DNA of 32,000 nucleotides from Candidatus Thorarchaeota archaeon (GCA_048882505.1 JBHLRO010000029.1:1-32000); one strand, 5' to 3'; positions 1-8,881 are shown, counted from the stretch's first letter. A program made the numbers and translations. The notes: a model not told the origin generated them from the sequence alone.

Positions 1-1
1 A

Positions 2-1681
2 TGGATAAACATCCACCAAAGTAATGTTTTCGGGGGTTTCCCATAGCCATTTGTTCTGTTCATCATTGGTGGTAATTTTTATCCAATCTCCAGCCAAGGA
101 ATCGTCGTTTTTTCCAGTTACAATCCATTTAACGCCATACTTCTGGGGATGATCTATTACATCGGCAATAAGCGTGGAATTTGGCCTGTATTTCTGTGTA
201 CTAGGAGGAGTACTTTGAAACCAGTTTAATCGCACGCCAGGAGGGTTCCATCCATCAAAATAGGGTTTGTCTGCCAAGATTGGTAGATAAGCCATATGAT
301 CACCTTGGTATCCTTTGGGGCATGCGTAGTATAGGCCGTCTCGATTTTTCAGCTCCTCCGCCACTGGCACTAAGTCTCTCCATTGATTATCATCAAAATC
401 CTGGTAACCGTAGTTGACAATTCCATTCTGAGCTTCTGCCAATGGCAGAAGCAGCACAATCAATAGGAATATAGATGATCCCCACCCCCTGACCCCTCTA
501 ACCGAGACAAATACTATCAAGATATGAGTTATTAGAATAAAACGCAACACATCCATCCCTCTAAGCACTAAGGGCAATATGGCATTTGTTTCTTGATAAA
601 ACATTAAAATCCCTGTAAGAGTAATAAAGAAAGTTGCAATTACTAGGGCCCTTTCATTGGCATTCAGTTTTTCATTTTTCAGGGACAAAGCAAATAGTGC
701 TAAGAACATGAATATGAATATACTCAGGTAGCTGTAAATTATATCACGTAAAACTCTTAAGAACCAATATATTTCTCCTGGTCCATCTGCAAAGACAGAT
801 AAAGATCGAGACGAGACGAGAATTAATCCTATGGGTTGCTGAAAAAAATCGATCATCAAAAAGAAAATCCAACCAAATGGAATAAGCCAGATACTGTTTC
901 TTCTAATAAAATGCGTCAGTTGACTTTTATAGACATTCCATAATTTTTCGGGTTTATCCTGGTCAATATCATTGACTTTTTCCCTTGATGAGGAATGTAA
1001 TGGATTTGGATTATCAGAACTATATTTCAAGCCACTTCTGGTTCTTTCAAAGAAATAAATTAGCTCTGTTAGGCTAACAATAACGAAAAAGAATCCGAAC
1101 ATCATGAAATGTGTTAAACCCAGTAGACATGCCAATACAATAGTGCTAGCCCGTTTGTTATCATAATAAAATCCCAATCCAATAACAAGCAGAGCAATTC
1201 CAATATGGGTTGGTGCTCGTGAATAAAACATGAAATTTGTATTCAGATTAGGTAGAGTCATGACGAACAAGGATCCGAGCAAAGAACTGATTTTATTTTT
1301 CCCGAGTCGTGTAGAGGCGTAGAAAACAGCTAAAGAAATTATTAGGTGAGTAATTACCAAGAAAATCACATAAGATTGATCTGAGGCAAAAAAAAAGCCC
1401 AAAATCCATAGGAGGAAGGTTGTGTTTGGAGGATATTGTTCCAAAAAGGGGGTGCCAGTGTACCAACTAGGATTCCACTCTCCATTGAGCCCATTCTCCT
1501 GAAAAAAGACTAATCGAAAAAGATGTGCTGAAAAGTCAACTCCAGCTGGCCGAGAAAAGAAAAAAGGAAAATAAATCCACAACCAGAGGAAAAAGATGAT
1601 TAGAATCGCAATCAGATTGAAGTGATCCAAAAAAACTCTTTTCAGATCGTTTGTTACAAATTTTTCTTTTTTGAACTTTAT
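2..1681 (-). CDS. Polytopic membrane protein, probable GT-C-fold glycosyltransferase (PTPS-related/YfhO-like); C-terminus runs off the window edge; not in the ORF track
   Basis: Manual translation gives 560 codons with no stop from 1681 to 2. First loop GVDFSAHLFR...WNPSWYTGTPFLEQYPP matches the D-x3-H...W...W-x2-G-x-P...YPP pattern of this family. About 12 hydrophobic segments, then a soluble domain with FDGWNP and KYGVKWIV. Start is ATA 1681 (SD AGGAGG 7 nt upstream) or TTG 1630. Confidence 0.75.
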   Translation of the reverse strand, partial: MKFKKEKFVTNDLKRVFLDHFNLIAILIIFFLWLWIYFPFFFSRPAGVDFSAHLFRLVFFQENGLNGEWNPSWYTGTPFLEQYPPNTTFLLWILGFFFASDQSYVIFLVITHLIISLAVFYASTRLGKNKISSLLGSLFVMTLPNLNTNFMFYSRAPTHIGIALLVIGLGFYYDNKRASTIVLACLLGLTHFMMFGFFFVIVSLTELIYFFERTRSGLKYSSDNPNPLHSSSREKVNDIDQDKPEKLWNVYKSQLTHFIRRNSIWLIPFGWIFFLMIDFFQQPIGLILVSSRSLSVFADGPGEIYWFLRVLRDIIYSYLSIFIFMFLALFALSLKNEKLNANERALVIATFFITLTGILMFYQETNAILPLVLRGMDVLRFILITHILIVFVSVRGVRGWGSSIFLLIVLLLPLAEAQNGIVNYGYQDFDDNQWRDLVPVAEELKNRDGLYYACPKGYQGDHMAYLPILADKPYFDGWNPPGVRLNWFQSTPPSTQKYRPNSTLIADVIDHPQKYGVKWIVTGKNDDSLAGDWIKITTNDEQNKWLWETPENITLVDVYP

Positions 1682-1802
1682 AGTGTTTCCTCCTGTGATC
1701 TAGGAATATATTAGCAATATGTATTCCTCAATATGTGAAACGAGAGGCAAATTAATCTTATTTAAATATCGGGGTACAAACAAATCTTCAAAGCATCTCA
1801 TA

Positions 1803-2159
1803 TTAATGAAGTTCATTTGGATTCACCAGTTGGAACCAATGACCATCGGGATCCGTAAATGTTAGGCAGTTTTTGCTGCCGTCTGTTCCTTCAAATACTA
1901 ATCCTTTGGTTTTCAACATACTTGCTGATTTTTCCAAATTGTCAGTATACAAAACTAACCCTACTGATGTTTCTTGATAGTTTTGAACCTTCTGAGGGAA
2001 TCCTTGTCTTAATAGTATTTCTGTTTCCCCTAATTTTATCCAAATTACATCTTTTTGCTTCGTTACTACCTCGAAATCCAATATATCGCAAAAAAAATCT
2101 TTTGATGTGTTGGTATCCCTCACAAATAGTTCAATATGACCAATTTTCACATTTATCAT
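1803..2159 (-). CDS. VOC family (glyoxalase/bleomycin-resistance) protein
   Basis: 118 aa; IGHIELFVRD...SKDFF...LDFEV at the N-terminus and FTDPDGHWFQL at the C-terminus are typical VOC motifs. Confidence 0.9.
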   Translation of the reverse strand: MINVKIGHIELFVRDTNTSKDFFCDILDFEVVTKQKDVIWIKLGETEILLRQGFPQKVQNYQETSVGLVLYTDNLEKSASMLKTKGLVFEGTDGSKNCLTFTDPDGHWFQLVNPNELH

Positions 2160-2235
2160 CTTCTTGTTCTGTGATTCTTTGAATGAGGAGCAATAGTTGT
2201 CTATTGCATATTTTTGATGAACTCCGACTCAATGG

Positions 2236-2243
2236 TTTTATAT
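2236..2243 (+). promoter_or_regulatory. Archaeal TATA box of the amidohydrolase gene
   Basis: TTTTATAT ends 26 nt before ATG 2270, consistent with a leaderless or short-leader transcript. Confidence 0.55.
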
Positions 2244-2269
2244 GAATTCAGGACAGGTTATGTTGCTGA

Positions 2270-3895
2270 ATGGCTGAAAAGATTTTAAAGCCCGAGCTAC
2301 GAGTTGTTGGTATGTTAACAATCACTGGAGGTACTCTCATTGATGGTACAGGGAAACCTCCCATTGATAATCCTGTGATAGTCGTTTCTAAAAATAGAAT
2401 TCTTAAGGTCGGAACTGAAGCGGAGGGTGATATGCCAAAAACCTCAAAGATCATTGATGCAACAGGCAAAACCATTATTCCAAGTTTCATTGATTCTCAC
2501 ACTCATTTCTTGCTGATGGGAATCCGATCATTAACGCACCTAGATTTATCTAAAACAAAGTCGATAACAGAAGTACTAGCAAAAATCGAGGGCCAGCTCA
2601 GAACGTTTCCTGAAGGTGCTTGGTTATATGGACATGGATGGGACGAAAGTAACTGGCAAGAAAAACGCTATCCAACGAGAAAGGATTTGGATAGCGTCTC
2701 TCTCGAAAATCCTGTCAGCTTGACACCCATGTATGGACATTTAATGGTGGTAAATAGCCGCGCTCTTGAACTTGCTGGAATCACGGCGTTGACTCCAGAA
2801 CCTCAAGGAGGTAGGATCGACAGGGATCCCAATACTAAAGCGCCAACGGGCATTCTTCGCGAAGAAGCAATGGAGTTAATTGGGAGTCTTAAATCTCCCA
2901 CCTCAAGGGAGGAATATCTTGCGGGAATACAAAGAGCGTGTGAAATCACGTTGAGCTGGGGCTGTGCAAGCATCCATGATCTTGGCTTAAAAGCGGCGGA
3001 AATTCAAGCCTATCAGCTTGCATGGGAAAAGGGCTTGCTTAATGTAAGATCATATCTAATGCCAGATGTTCGGGAAACAGAATCGATGCTAGATGGATTG
3101 GAAGTTCTAGGAATAAAAACAAATTTTGGAAATGAATTTCTAAGATTAGGCCCAATCAAAATATACGCTGATGGTTCAATGGGAGCGCGCACAGCCGTAT
3201 TTTACGATCCATATTCTGACGATTCTTCAAGCTCCGGATTATTAACTATTTCACCCAAAACACTTGAAGAAAGAGTGATAAGGGCCCATAAATTAGGAAT
3301 TCAAGTAGCCATCCACGCCATAGGGGATAGAGGGATTGATGTGGCTCTGGATGCGATTGAAGCCGCTTTGACGCTAGATCCAAGGAAGAATCATCGCCAT
3401 AGGATAGAACATTGTGAAATTCTAAACCAATATCAAATTCAAAGAATAAAACGCCTTGACGTTATCCCCTCAATGCAACCTAACTTTGTCGGAGAGTGGG
3501 GACAAGCAGGAGGCATGTATGAACAACGAATAGGCCCGCGGATAGAGAATAATAATCCCTACAGAAGATTGCTGGATGCAGGTGTGGTCGTTTGTTTTGG
3601 ATCTGATTGCGGATATTGCCCACCATGGCCCTTCAATCCACTTTATGGCCTATGGGCCGCGGTTAACCATCCCATAAAAGAATATCAGATCTCCATACCT
3701 GAAGCCGTAAAATGCTACACCCTTAATGGAGCTTATGCTTCCTTTGAAGAAAATCTCAAAGGATCTATCGAACCCGGCAAATATGCAGATATTGCAGTTC
3801 TTTCAGAAGATTTGAGTTCTATCGCTCCAGATGAAATCAGGAACGTCAAGGTTGATCTGACGATGGTGGAAGGTATTGTTAAATGGAAGAGATAA
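2270..3895 (+). CDS. YtcJ-like metal-dependent amidohydrolase (Amidohydro_3 type)
   Basis: DSHTH (HxH), GHGWDE, HLMVVNSRALELAGI, KIYADGSMGARTA, HAIGD, RIEHCE and GSD metal-ligand motifs. Confidence 0.9.
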   Translation: MAEKILKPELRVVGMLTITGGTLIDGTGKPPIDNPVIVVSKNRILKVGTEAEGDMPKTSKIIDATGKTIIPSFIDSHTHFLLMGIRSLTHLDLSKTKSITEVLAKIEGQLRTFPEGAWLYGHGWDESNWQEKRYPTRKDLDSVSLENPVSLTPMYGHLMVVNSRALELAGITALTPEPQGGRIDRDPNTKAPTGILREEAMELIGSLKSPTSREEYLAGIQRACEITLSWGCASIHDLGLKAAEIQAYQLAWEKGLLNVRSYLMPDVRETESMLDGLEVLGIKTNFGNEFLRLGPIKIYADGSMGARTAVFYDPYSDDSSSSGLLTISPKTLEERVIRAHKLGIQVAIHAIGDRGIDVALDAIEAALTLDPRKNHRHRIEHCEILNQYQIQRIKRLDVIPSMQPNFVGEWGQAGGMYEQRIGPRIENNNPYRRLLDAGVVVCFGSDCGYCPPWPFNPLYGLWAAVNHPIKEYQISIPEAVKCYTLNGAYASFEENLKGSIEPGKYADIAVLSEDLSSIAPDEIRNVKVDLTMVEGIVKWKR

Positions 3896-4242
3896 AATGA
3901 TAGAGATTTTCTGAATTGCTAAATTACTTGAAAAAGAAGCTCTGTGGGGAGAATCAACCGGCCAAAACTTGATTAATAGGCATTATTGACGGGCCAGACT
4001 ATTCTTTGGTAGTTTTATGCTAGGCGCCTTTTCATTATCCTGGCCCTCTGTTAGATTTATCAACGGTTGAATTACTGGGGTATTCAGCATTGTTTATTAT
4101 CTGCGGCGGGCCAAGTCATATCCAGCCTAGAAAAACTAGAAAAAGGGAAATATCCTCTTTAATTCAGAGTCTAGCACGTTAATCCGGACATTCATCCTAT
4201 CAAAGCGTCTAATTTGTTCCGAAATCAAAGGAGTTACATGAA

Positions 4243-5448
4243 TTGAGTAAATACAAGTTACTTATGAAATCTATTGTCTTCAGTACCCGATCACGGCGGC
4301 GATTCTTCACATTCGTGATTGTATTTTCCATTCTTTCGGGAGCCACAATCATCCTCTTGAGTTATTTCGATAATTTCTCACGAGAAGGTCTATTGGTGCA
4401 CAGAGGAGTTGTAATAAATACTGAAGGATTAGATACGATTACTCTTGACCAGGTCCAAACAGATCTCGGAGTAAATGATGGCCAACCAGTCACGGGGGCG
4501 GAAATCGTCATTTTCTTCAAATATGTAAACTTCGGCTCCAATTTGAGGATTTTCAGCCTAAATTCAAATTATCCCTGGGCGTTTAACGCTCTAAATCCAA
4601 ACCATTTGGTGAGCGGTAGCTTCCCAACAGGTAAGTATGAAGCTCTAGTTTCTGAAGATGCTTTGGTTCCACTGAACGATACTGAGGGGGCTATCAACAT
4701 TTACACGAAACCCGTGATAGGTACCAAACTCACTATCGGTGCAAGTACGGATTCTGATTTTGAGTTGACGGTGTCTGGAATTTTTCGGAAGCCTGTAACC
4801 CCAATAATCAGCTCAGATAGTCGAGAATGGATACTGCTTACAGAGGGAGCCTTTGCAGAGCTCGTAGGAGGACAACATCTCGCTTTGGATTCCAGTGAAA
4901 TTGGTGTGCTCTCAGTAACAATTATCGCAGGAGGAGACATATTTGGAGGAGAGGCTTACAGCAATGTGGATGCTTTGGCAACCACCTTTCAGGAAGAAAT
5001 AACTGGAAATCCGCATTTATACGATATTGATTTTGTTGAAAAAATCGCGAAAGATAGTACTCGAGATAGTGCAATAATTTCCCTTCTCTTTGGTTTATTT
5101 GGAACCTTCATGGTGAGTACGTTGTATGCTTACCTGATAACCCGCTTTCGCAGACGAGAAGTCGCCATATTGAAGGCCATGGGTTATTCAAAATGGGATG
5201 TTAGAACAGTTGTTCTGACGGAAATCCTAGTGGTAGCAATAACGGGATTTCTGATAGGATTACTCGCGATTCAGGCATACTTTTGGAACCCCCTGGGACG
5301 TGAAACGTCATATTTTTATCTAATTGCCTATTCTTCAGCAACGTTTCTTGCTTTCGGCGCAGTCGTTCTATCTACCGTACCTGGTTTCATCTTGATCTCG
5401 GCCCGAATTCTCTCCGTTCGTCCCATAGAAATTTTTAGACAGAAATAA
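4243..5448 (+). CDS. FtsX/MacB-like ABC permease
   Basis: One N-terminal TM, a large extracytoplasmic domain, then RRREVAILKAMG...E and three C-terminal TMs; ends LSVRPIEIFR. TTG start. Confidence 0.85.
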   Translation: MSKYKLLMKSIVFSTRSRRRFFTFVIVFSILSGATIILLSYFDNFSREGLLVHRGVVINTEGLDTITLDQVQTDLGVNDGQPVTGAEIVIFFKYVNFGSNLRIFSLNSNYPWAFNALNPNHLVSGSFPTGKYEALVSEDALVPLNDTEGAINIYTKPVIGTKLTIGASTDSDFELTVSGIFRKPVTPIISSDSREWILLTEGAFAELVGGQHLALDSSEIGVLSVTIIAGGDIFGGEAYSNVDALATTFQEEITGNPHLYDIDFVEKIAKDSTRDSAIISLLFGLFGTFMVSTLYAYLITRFRRREVAILKAMGYSKWDVRTVVLTEILVVAITGFLIGLLAIQAYFWNPLGRETSYFYLIAYSSATFLAFGAVVLSTVPGFILISARILSVRPIEIFRQK

Positions 5449-5462
5449 GGTGAAAGTGGCTA

Positions 5463-6143
5463 ATGAGCAATTCAAATATTTTAATTGAAGCAAAGGATCT
5501 TACAAAAGAGTACATGCGTGGAAGAAATGAGGTTGTTATTGCCCTTAACGATATAGACCTCAAAATCCCCAAGGGAAAACTTGTGATGGTAACAGGTCCC
5601 TCAGGTTCAGGGAAAAGTACTCTACTCAATGTTCTATCGGGTTTGGATAAGCCTACCGAAGGAAAAATCCTCTATGAAGATGAAAACATTGCAGATTGGG
5701 AGGAGGAACGTATATCGCAATTTAGACAGCAAAATATTGGTTTTATATTTCAAAATTGGGAATTAATCCGCACTATGAAAGCCCTCGAAAATATTGAATC
5801 TCCCCTGTACCCTCTTAAAATCAAAGGTAAGGACATTCGGACACGTGCGGCCGCTCTGCTTAGACAAGTCGGATTATGGGACAAGGCAGATAACTATCCC
5901 GATGAGTTAAGCGGGGGTGAGCAGCAAAGAGTAGGGATAGCCCGAGCTTTGGTGGGAAAACCTCGGATTATCTTCGCAGATGAACCTACTGGAAATCTAG
6001 ATCAAGATAATGCCACTTCCACAATGCGCCTGCTTAAAAGTTTCACAAAACGGGACACTGCTATTCTAGTGGTCACACATAACGAGGAACTAAAAAAATA
6101 CGCTGATGAATCCCATCAATTGTCATCGGGCAGATTTGTCTAA
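5463..6143 (+). CDS. LolD/MacB-type ABC ATP-binding protein
   Basis: [37 protein letters not shown]; SD AGGTGA upstream; 14 nt after the permease. Confidence 0.95.
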   Translation: MSNSNILIEAKDLTKEYMRGRNEVVIALNDIDLKIPKGKLVMVTGPSGSGKSTLLNVLSGLDKPTEGKILYEDENIADWEEERISQFRQQNIGFIFQNWELIRTMKALENIESPLYPLKIKGKDIRTRAAALLRQVGLWDKADNYPDELSGGEQQRVGIARALVGKPRIIFADEPTGNLDQDNATSTMRLLKSFTKRDTAILVVTHNEELKKYADESHQLSSGRFV

Positions 6144-6193
6144 ATCATAAGCCTAAAAGGAGCTAGGGTTCTCCGCCATAACGGAGGTCTAAT

Positions 6194-6946
6194 ATGCTCG
6201 AAACCGAGAGACAGGGTGGGGTGGGAATCATTAGGCTTAGTCGAGGAATTACTAATGCCATCAATTCCGAATTGGTAGCTGAATTAACTGCCGCCCTTGA
6301 AGATATGATATTAAATGATTCAGAGATCAAAGTTATCCTCCTTACAAGCAGTAACGACAAGTTTTTTGCGATTGGCTTTGATTTACCAGAAGTCCTAGAG
6401 TTATCGCGTTCGGAATTCCAGGAATTTTATCAAGGATTCAATAAGTTAACCTTATTACTGTACAAGACACCTAAACCAACTGTGGCCGCACTGACAGGTC
6501 ACGCTACGGCTGGAGGTTGTATTTTGGCTCTCTGCTGTGACTATCGCATTATTGGACAAGGACGTACCTTAATGGGGTTGAATGAAGTCAAATTGGGAGT
6601 TCCAGTCCCCTACCCTGGAGACGTCATCCTCCGTGATTTGGTGGGGACTCGTCATGCCCGTGAAATCATGGAAATCGGAGAGTTCTATCAACCTGACAAG
6701 CTTTTAGAACTGGGGATGGTAGATGAAATTGTACCAAAAGCCGAGGTCAGAGCAAAGGCTCTAGAAAAAGCGCATGAGTACCTTTCATTACCGTCTCCAG
6801 CTTTTCAAGTTATTAAGAAAAATCGGATTCAACCAGTTATGGATCGTATCCAAGAGAAGTTGGCCGTTAAGGAACAGCAATTTCTCGCTTGTTGGTTCTC
6901 TGAAGAGACTCAATCTACTTTGAGGAAAGCAATGGAAAAATTCTAA
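6194..6946 (+). CDS. Crotonase-superfamily protein, probable delta3,delta2-enoyl-CoA isomerase
   Basis: FAIGFDL, GHATAGGCILALCCDYRI and GLNEVKLG; only the second crotonase Glu is kept. SD GGAGGT upstream. Confidence 0.88.
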   Translation: MLETERQGGVGIIRLSRGITNAINSELVAELTAALEDMILNDSEIKVILLTSSNDKFFAIGFDLPEVLELSRSEFQEFYQGFNKLTLLLYKTPKPTVAALTGHATAGGCILALCCDYRIIGQGRTLMGLNEVKLGVPVPYPGDVILRDLVGTRHAREIMEIGEFYQPDKLLELGMVDEIVPKAEVRAKALEKAHEYLSLPSPAFQVIKKNRIQPVMDRIQEKLAVKEQQFLACWFSEETQSTLRKAMEKF

Positions 6947-6967
6947 CCAGAGGCGGCGGTTTCCTTC

Positions 6968-7762
6968 CTAGAATCCACTTACTATGGCGTCTGCGAGTTT
7001 ATCAATATACTGTGTGAACGGATGATCAGGATACTTAAGGGAAAAGATCGTTCGTGATCCCTCACGAGCTACTTCACAATAACATGGGATACTGGTAATT
7101 ACTCGCATTCTCATCTCAGATTCGATAGTGGCTTGAAACTCATTCACCAATTTTAGGTCCGTTTCGCTCCAAACACCATGTTCAGGCGGACAGGTTTCGG
7201 CCACAACACGGTTCAGTACCACGTAATTTTTGGCATCAAGTAACGAGTAAAGTTGGGTTACCATACTCTTTGTTCCGCTGATATCAAAATCATCGGCCTT
7301 TAAAACGAGACATGTGGCATCGGAGATGACCAACCCATCAATACTCTCCATTTGTACCCCTGGACTTGTGTCAATTATTGTATAGTCAAATCCAGACTCA
7401 GTTAGCTCGTCTCTGAGCCGGAGAATGCGTTTCAAGGACCTTTGTCGTTGTTTCTTGTCCGCTCGCACGATTTCTCCCATTTTACGAAAGTCCGTGGATG
7501 CAAAAGCTGCGTATAATGGAATCTTGTACTCCTCTTCGAACGACTTCAAAATGTCCTCGCCTGTTAGATCAGGGTCAAAGAGTAAGTCATTGATCGTGAC
7601 ATCTGTGTCAATTCCGCATAGGGTCTGAAGATTGGGCCCTCGGAAATCAAGATCCAAGATACATGTCTTGTGCCCCTGGCGAGCAAGAATAGTTGCTAAG
7701 TTGGCACTTAGATGGGTTTTTCCTGTTCCCCCTTTATAGCTGTGGAAAGCAATAATCTTCAT
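6968..7762 (-). CDS. ParA/MinD-family ATPase
   Basis: Deviant Walker A KGGTGKT, switch I DLDFRGP, Walker B IIDTSPG, VLNRV. Confidence 0.9.
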   Translation of the reverse strand: MKIIAFHSYKGGTGKTHLSANLATILARQGHKTCILDLDFRGPNLQTLCGIDTDVTINDLLFDPDLTGEDILKSFEEEYKIPLYAAFASTDFRKMGEIVRADKKQRQRSLKRILRLRDELTESGFDYTIIDTSPGVQMESIDGLVISDATCLVLKADDFDISGTKSMVTQLYSLLDAKNYVVLNRVVAETCPPEHGVWSETDLKLVNEFQATIESEMRMRVITSIPCYCEVAREGSRTIFSLKYPDHPFTQYIDKLADAIVSGF

Positions 7763-7806
7763 TAATCACACCTTAATCGAATTCTAATCCTTAATGTGGG
7801 CAAAAA

Positions 7807-8487
7807 TTAAATTTCCTCTTCATCTGATATCCTGATTGCCATCCGCGTTTTTTTCATGGCATGATTTAAATCATCATCAGAACCGTTGCCATTTTCTCTA
7901 GATCCCTCTCCGGAATAGAAAAGCACTTTCTTTCCCTCTCTCATTTTAGAAATTAGTCCTTTATCAGTAAGTTGGTTGAGATAATCGGATTCGGTCGGCC
8001 TTGATTTACCCGTTCTAGCGGCGACCTCTTGCGCTGTTACACCGCGTTCAGCCTTCATAACAGTCCCGTAGGTACCTCGTAAGTGACGGGGTACCTGCAT
8101 TAGTATATCCAATCCTGTTGATATCTTCGAGGAATTGGTAGACGATCCGGGCGTCTTGAGCGACACTTTCTCAATCATCCGACGGTTCACTTTGGCCATA
8201 TGTTTTATTTCTCTAATGTCTGCGAAGATTCCTTTGATCTCCCCATGAATTCCCGTAATTAATACCTCGATTGACGTGCGGGTCTGCTGTAACGCGTTAT
8301 TAACCTCCTCACGTACCTCTTGTAACTCTTTCTTGAGAGCATTATATAATTCATCAGGAATGGGTTTGTCTTTTCGATCCGCGTTTGTTCCATCCGGGGA
8401 ATCCATAAACCCAAAACCTAAATCATCTGGAGAGTATTCAACCTTATTTATTTTCCTTAAGGAAAATCGATCTCCAAATTTCGGCAC
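7807..8487 (-). CDS. Coiled-coil plus C-terminal winged helix-turn-helix DNA-binding protein
   Basis: Heptad-like LYNALKKELQEVREEVNNALQQ region; wHTH VTAQEVAARTGKSRPTESDYLNQLTDKGLISKMREGKKVLFY. GTG start with GGTG SD. Confidence 0.8.
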   Translation of the reverse strand: MPKFGDRFSLRKINKVEYSPDDLGFGFMDSPDGTNADRKDKPIPDELYNALKKELQEVREEVNNALQQTRTSIEVLITGIHGEIKGIFADIREIKHMAKVNRRMIEKVSLKTPGSSTNSSKISTGLDILMQVPRHLRGTYGTVMKAERGVTAQEVAARTGKSRPTESDYLNQLTDKGLISKMREGKKVLFYSGEGSRENGNGSDDDLNHAMKKTRMAIRISDEEEI

Positions 8488-8593
8488 TTATGACACCACG
8501 AAAATTCCAACCGATAAAATAAAAGTTTTAAATCGGCGAACATCTAGAGCCGCCCTTATTTACCCAGTACTATCCGTAAACGAGACTGTTTCG

Positions 8594-8857
8594 CTAGTTC
8601 AGGGCGTAATAATGAGACCGTAGATCTCGAAGGTCGGGTACTCTTCGTACGAGGGCATCTTCGATCAAAATCTTTAAGGCGTATCTAATTGTTCGGTTAC
8701 TTAACGTGGTGTGATTACCGATTTCTTGTGGCTTAAGGGCGCCATTTACTTTTAAAAGGTAGTACACTTCCCGTGCAGATTTGGGAAGATGCGTAATCCG
8801 AGTATCATCATCATCAAGTAGTTGATTTCCGAGCTCATCTCTTGAATCAATCGCCAT
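8594..8857 (-). CDS. Small archaeal winged-helix (MarR/ArsR-like) protein
   Basis: 87 aa; LPKSAREVYYLLKVNGALKPQEI...LSNRTIRYALKILIEDALVRRVPDLRDLRSHYY. GGAG SD upstream. Confidence 0.8.
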   Translation of the reverse strand: MAIDSRDELGNQLLDDDDTRITHLPKSAREVYYLLKVNGALKPQEIGNHTTLSNRTIRYALKILIEDALVRRVPDLRDLRSHYYALN

Positions 8858-8881
8858 ACCGATTTCTCCGAGTATGTTGAA

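Noticed and set aside
432-452. Perfect palindrome GCTTCTGCCA-A-TGGCAGAAGC
   Set aside because: Single copy inside a coding region; one such repeat in 32 kb is plausible by chance.
3896-4242. 347-nt gap containing a plus-strand frame broken by repeated TAG codons; considered stop-codon recoding, a pseudogene or an ncRNA
   Set aside because: The read-through product is not recognisable, TAG is a normal stop here (POP, Lrp, ParA), and no structured GC-rich RNA is evident. Left unexplained.
6968-7762. Calling the ATPase a canonical cell-division MinD, or Soj/SegA
   Set aside because: No minC/minE, parB or segB nearby and no evident membrane-targeting tail; the subfamily cannot be fixed without phylogeny.
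8804-8818. ATCATC-type repeats resembling the promoter repeats
   Set aside because: Explained by a run of Asp codons in the small wHTH gene.
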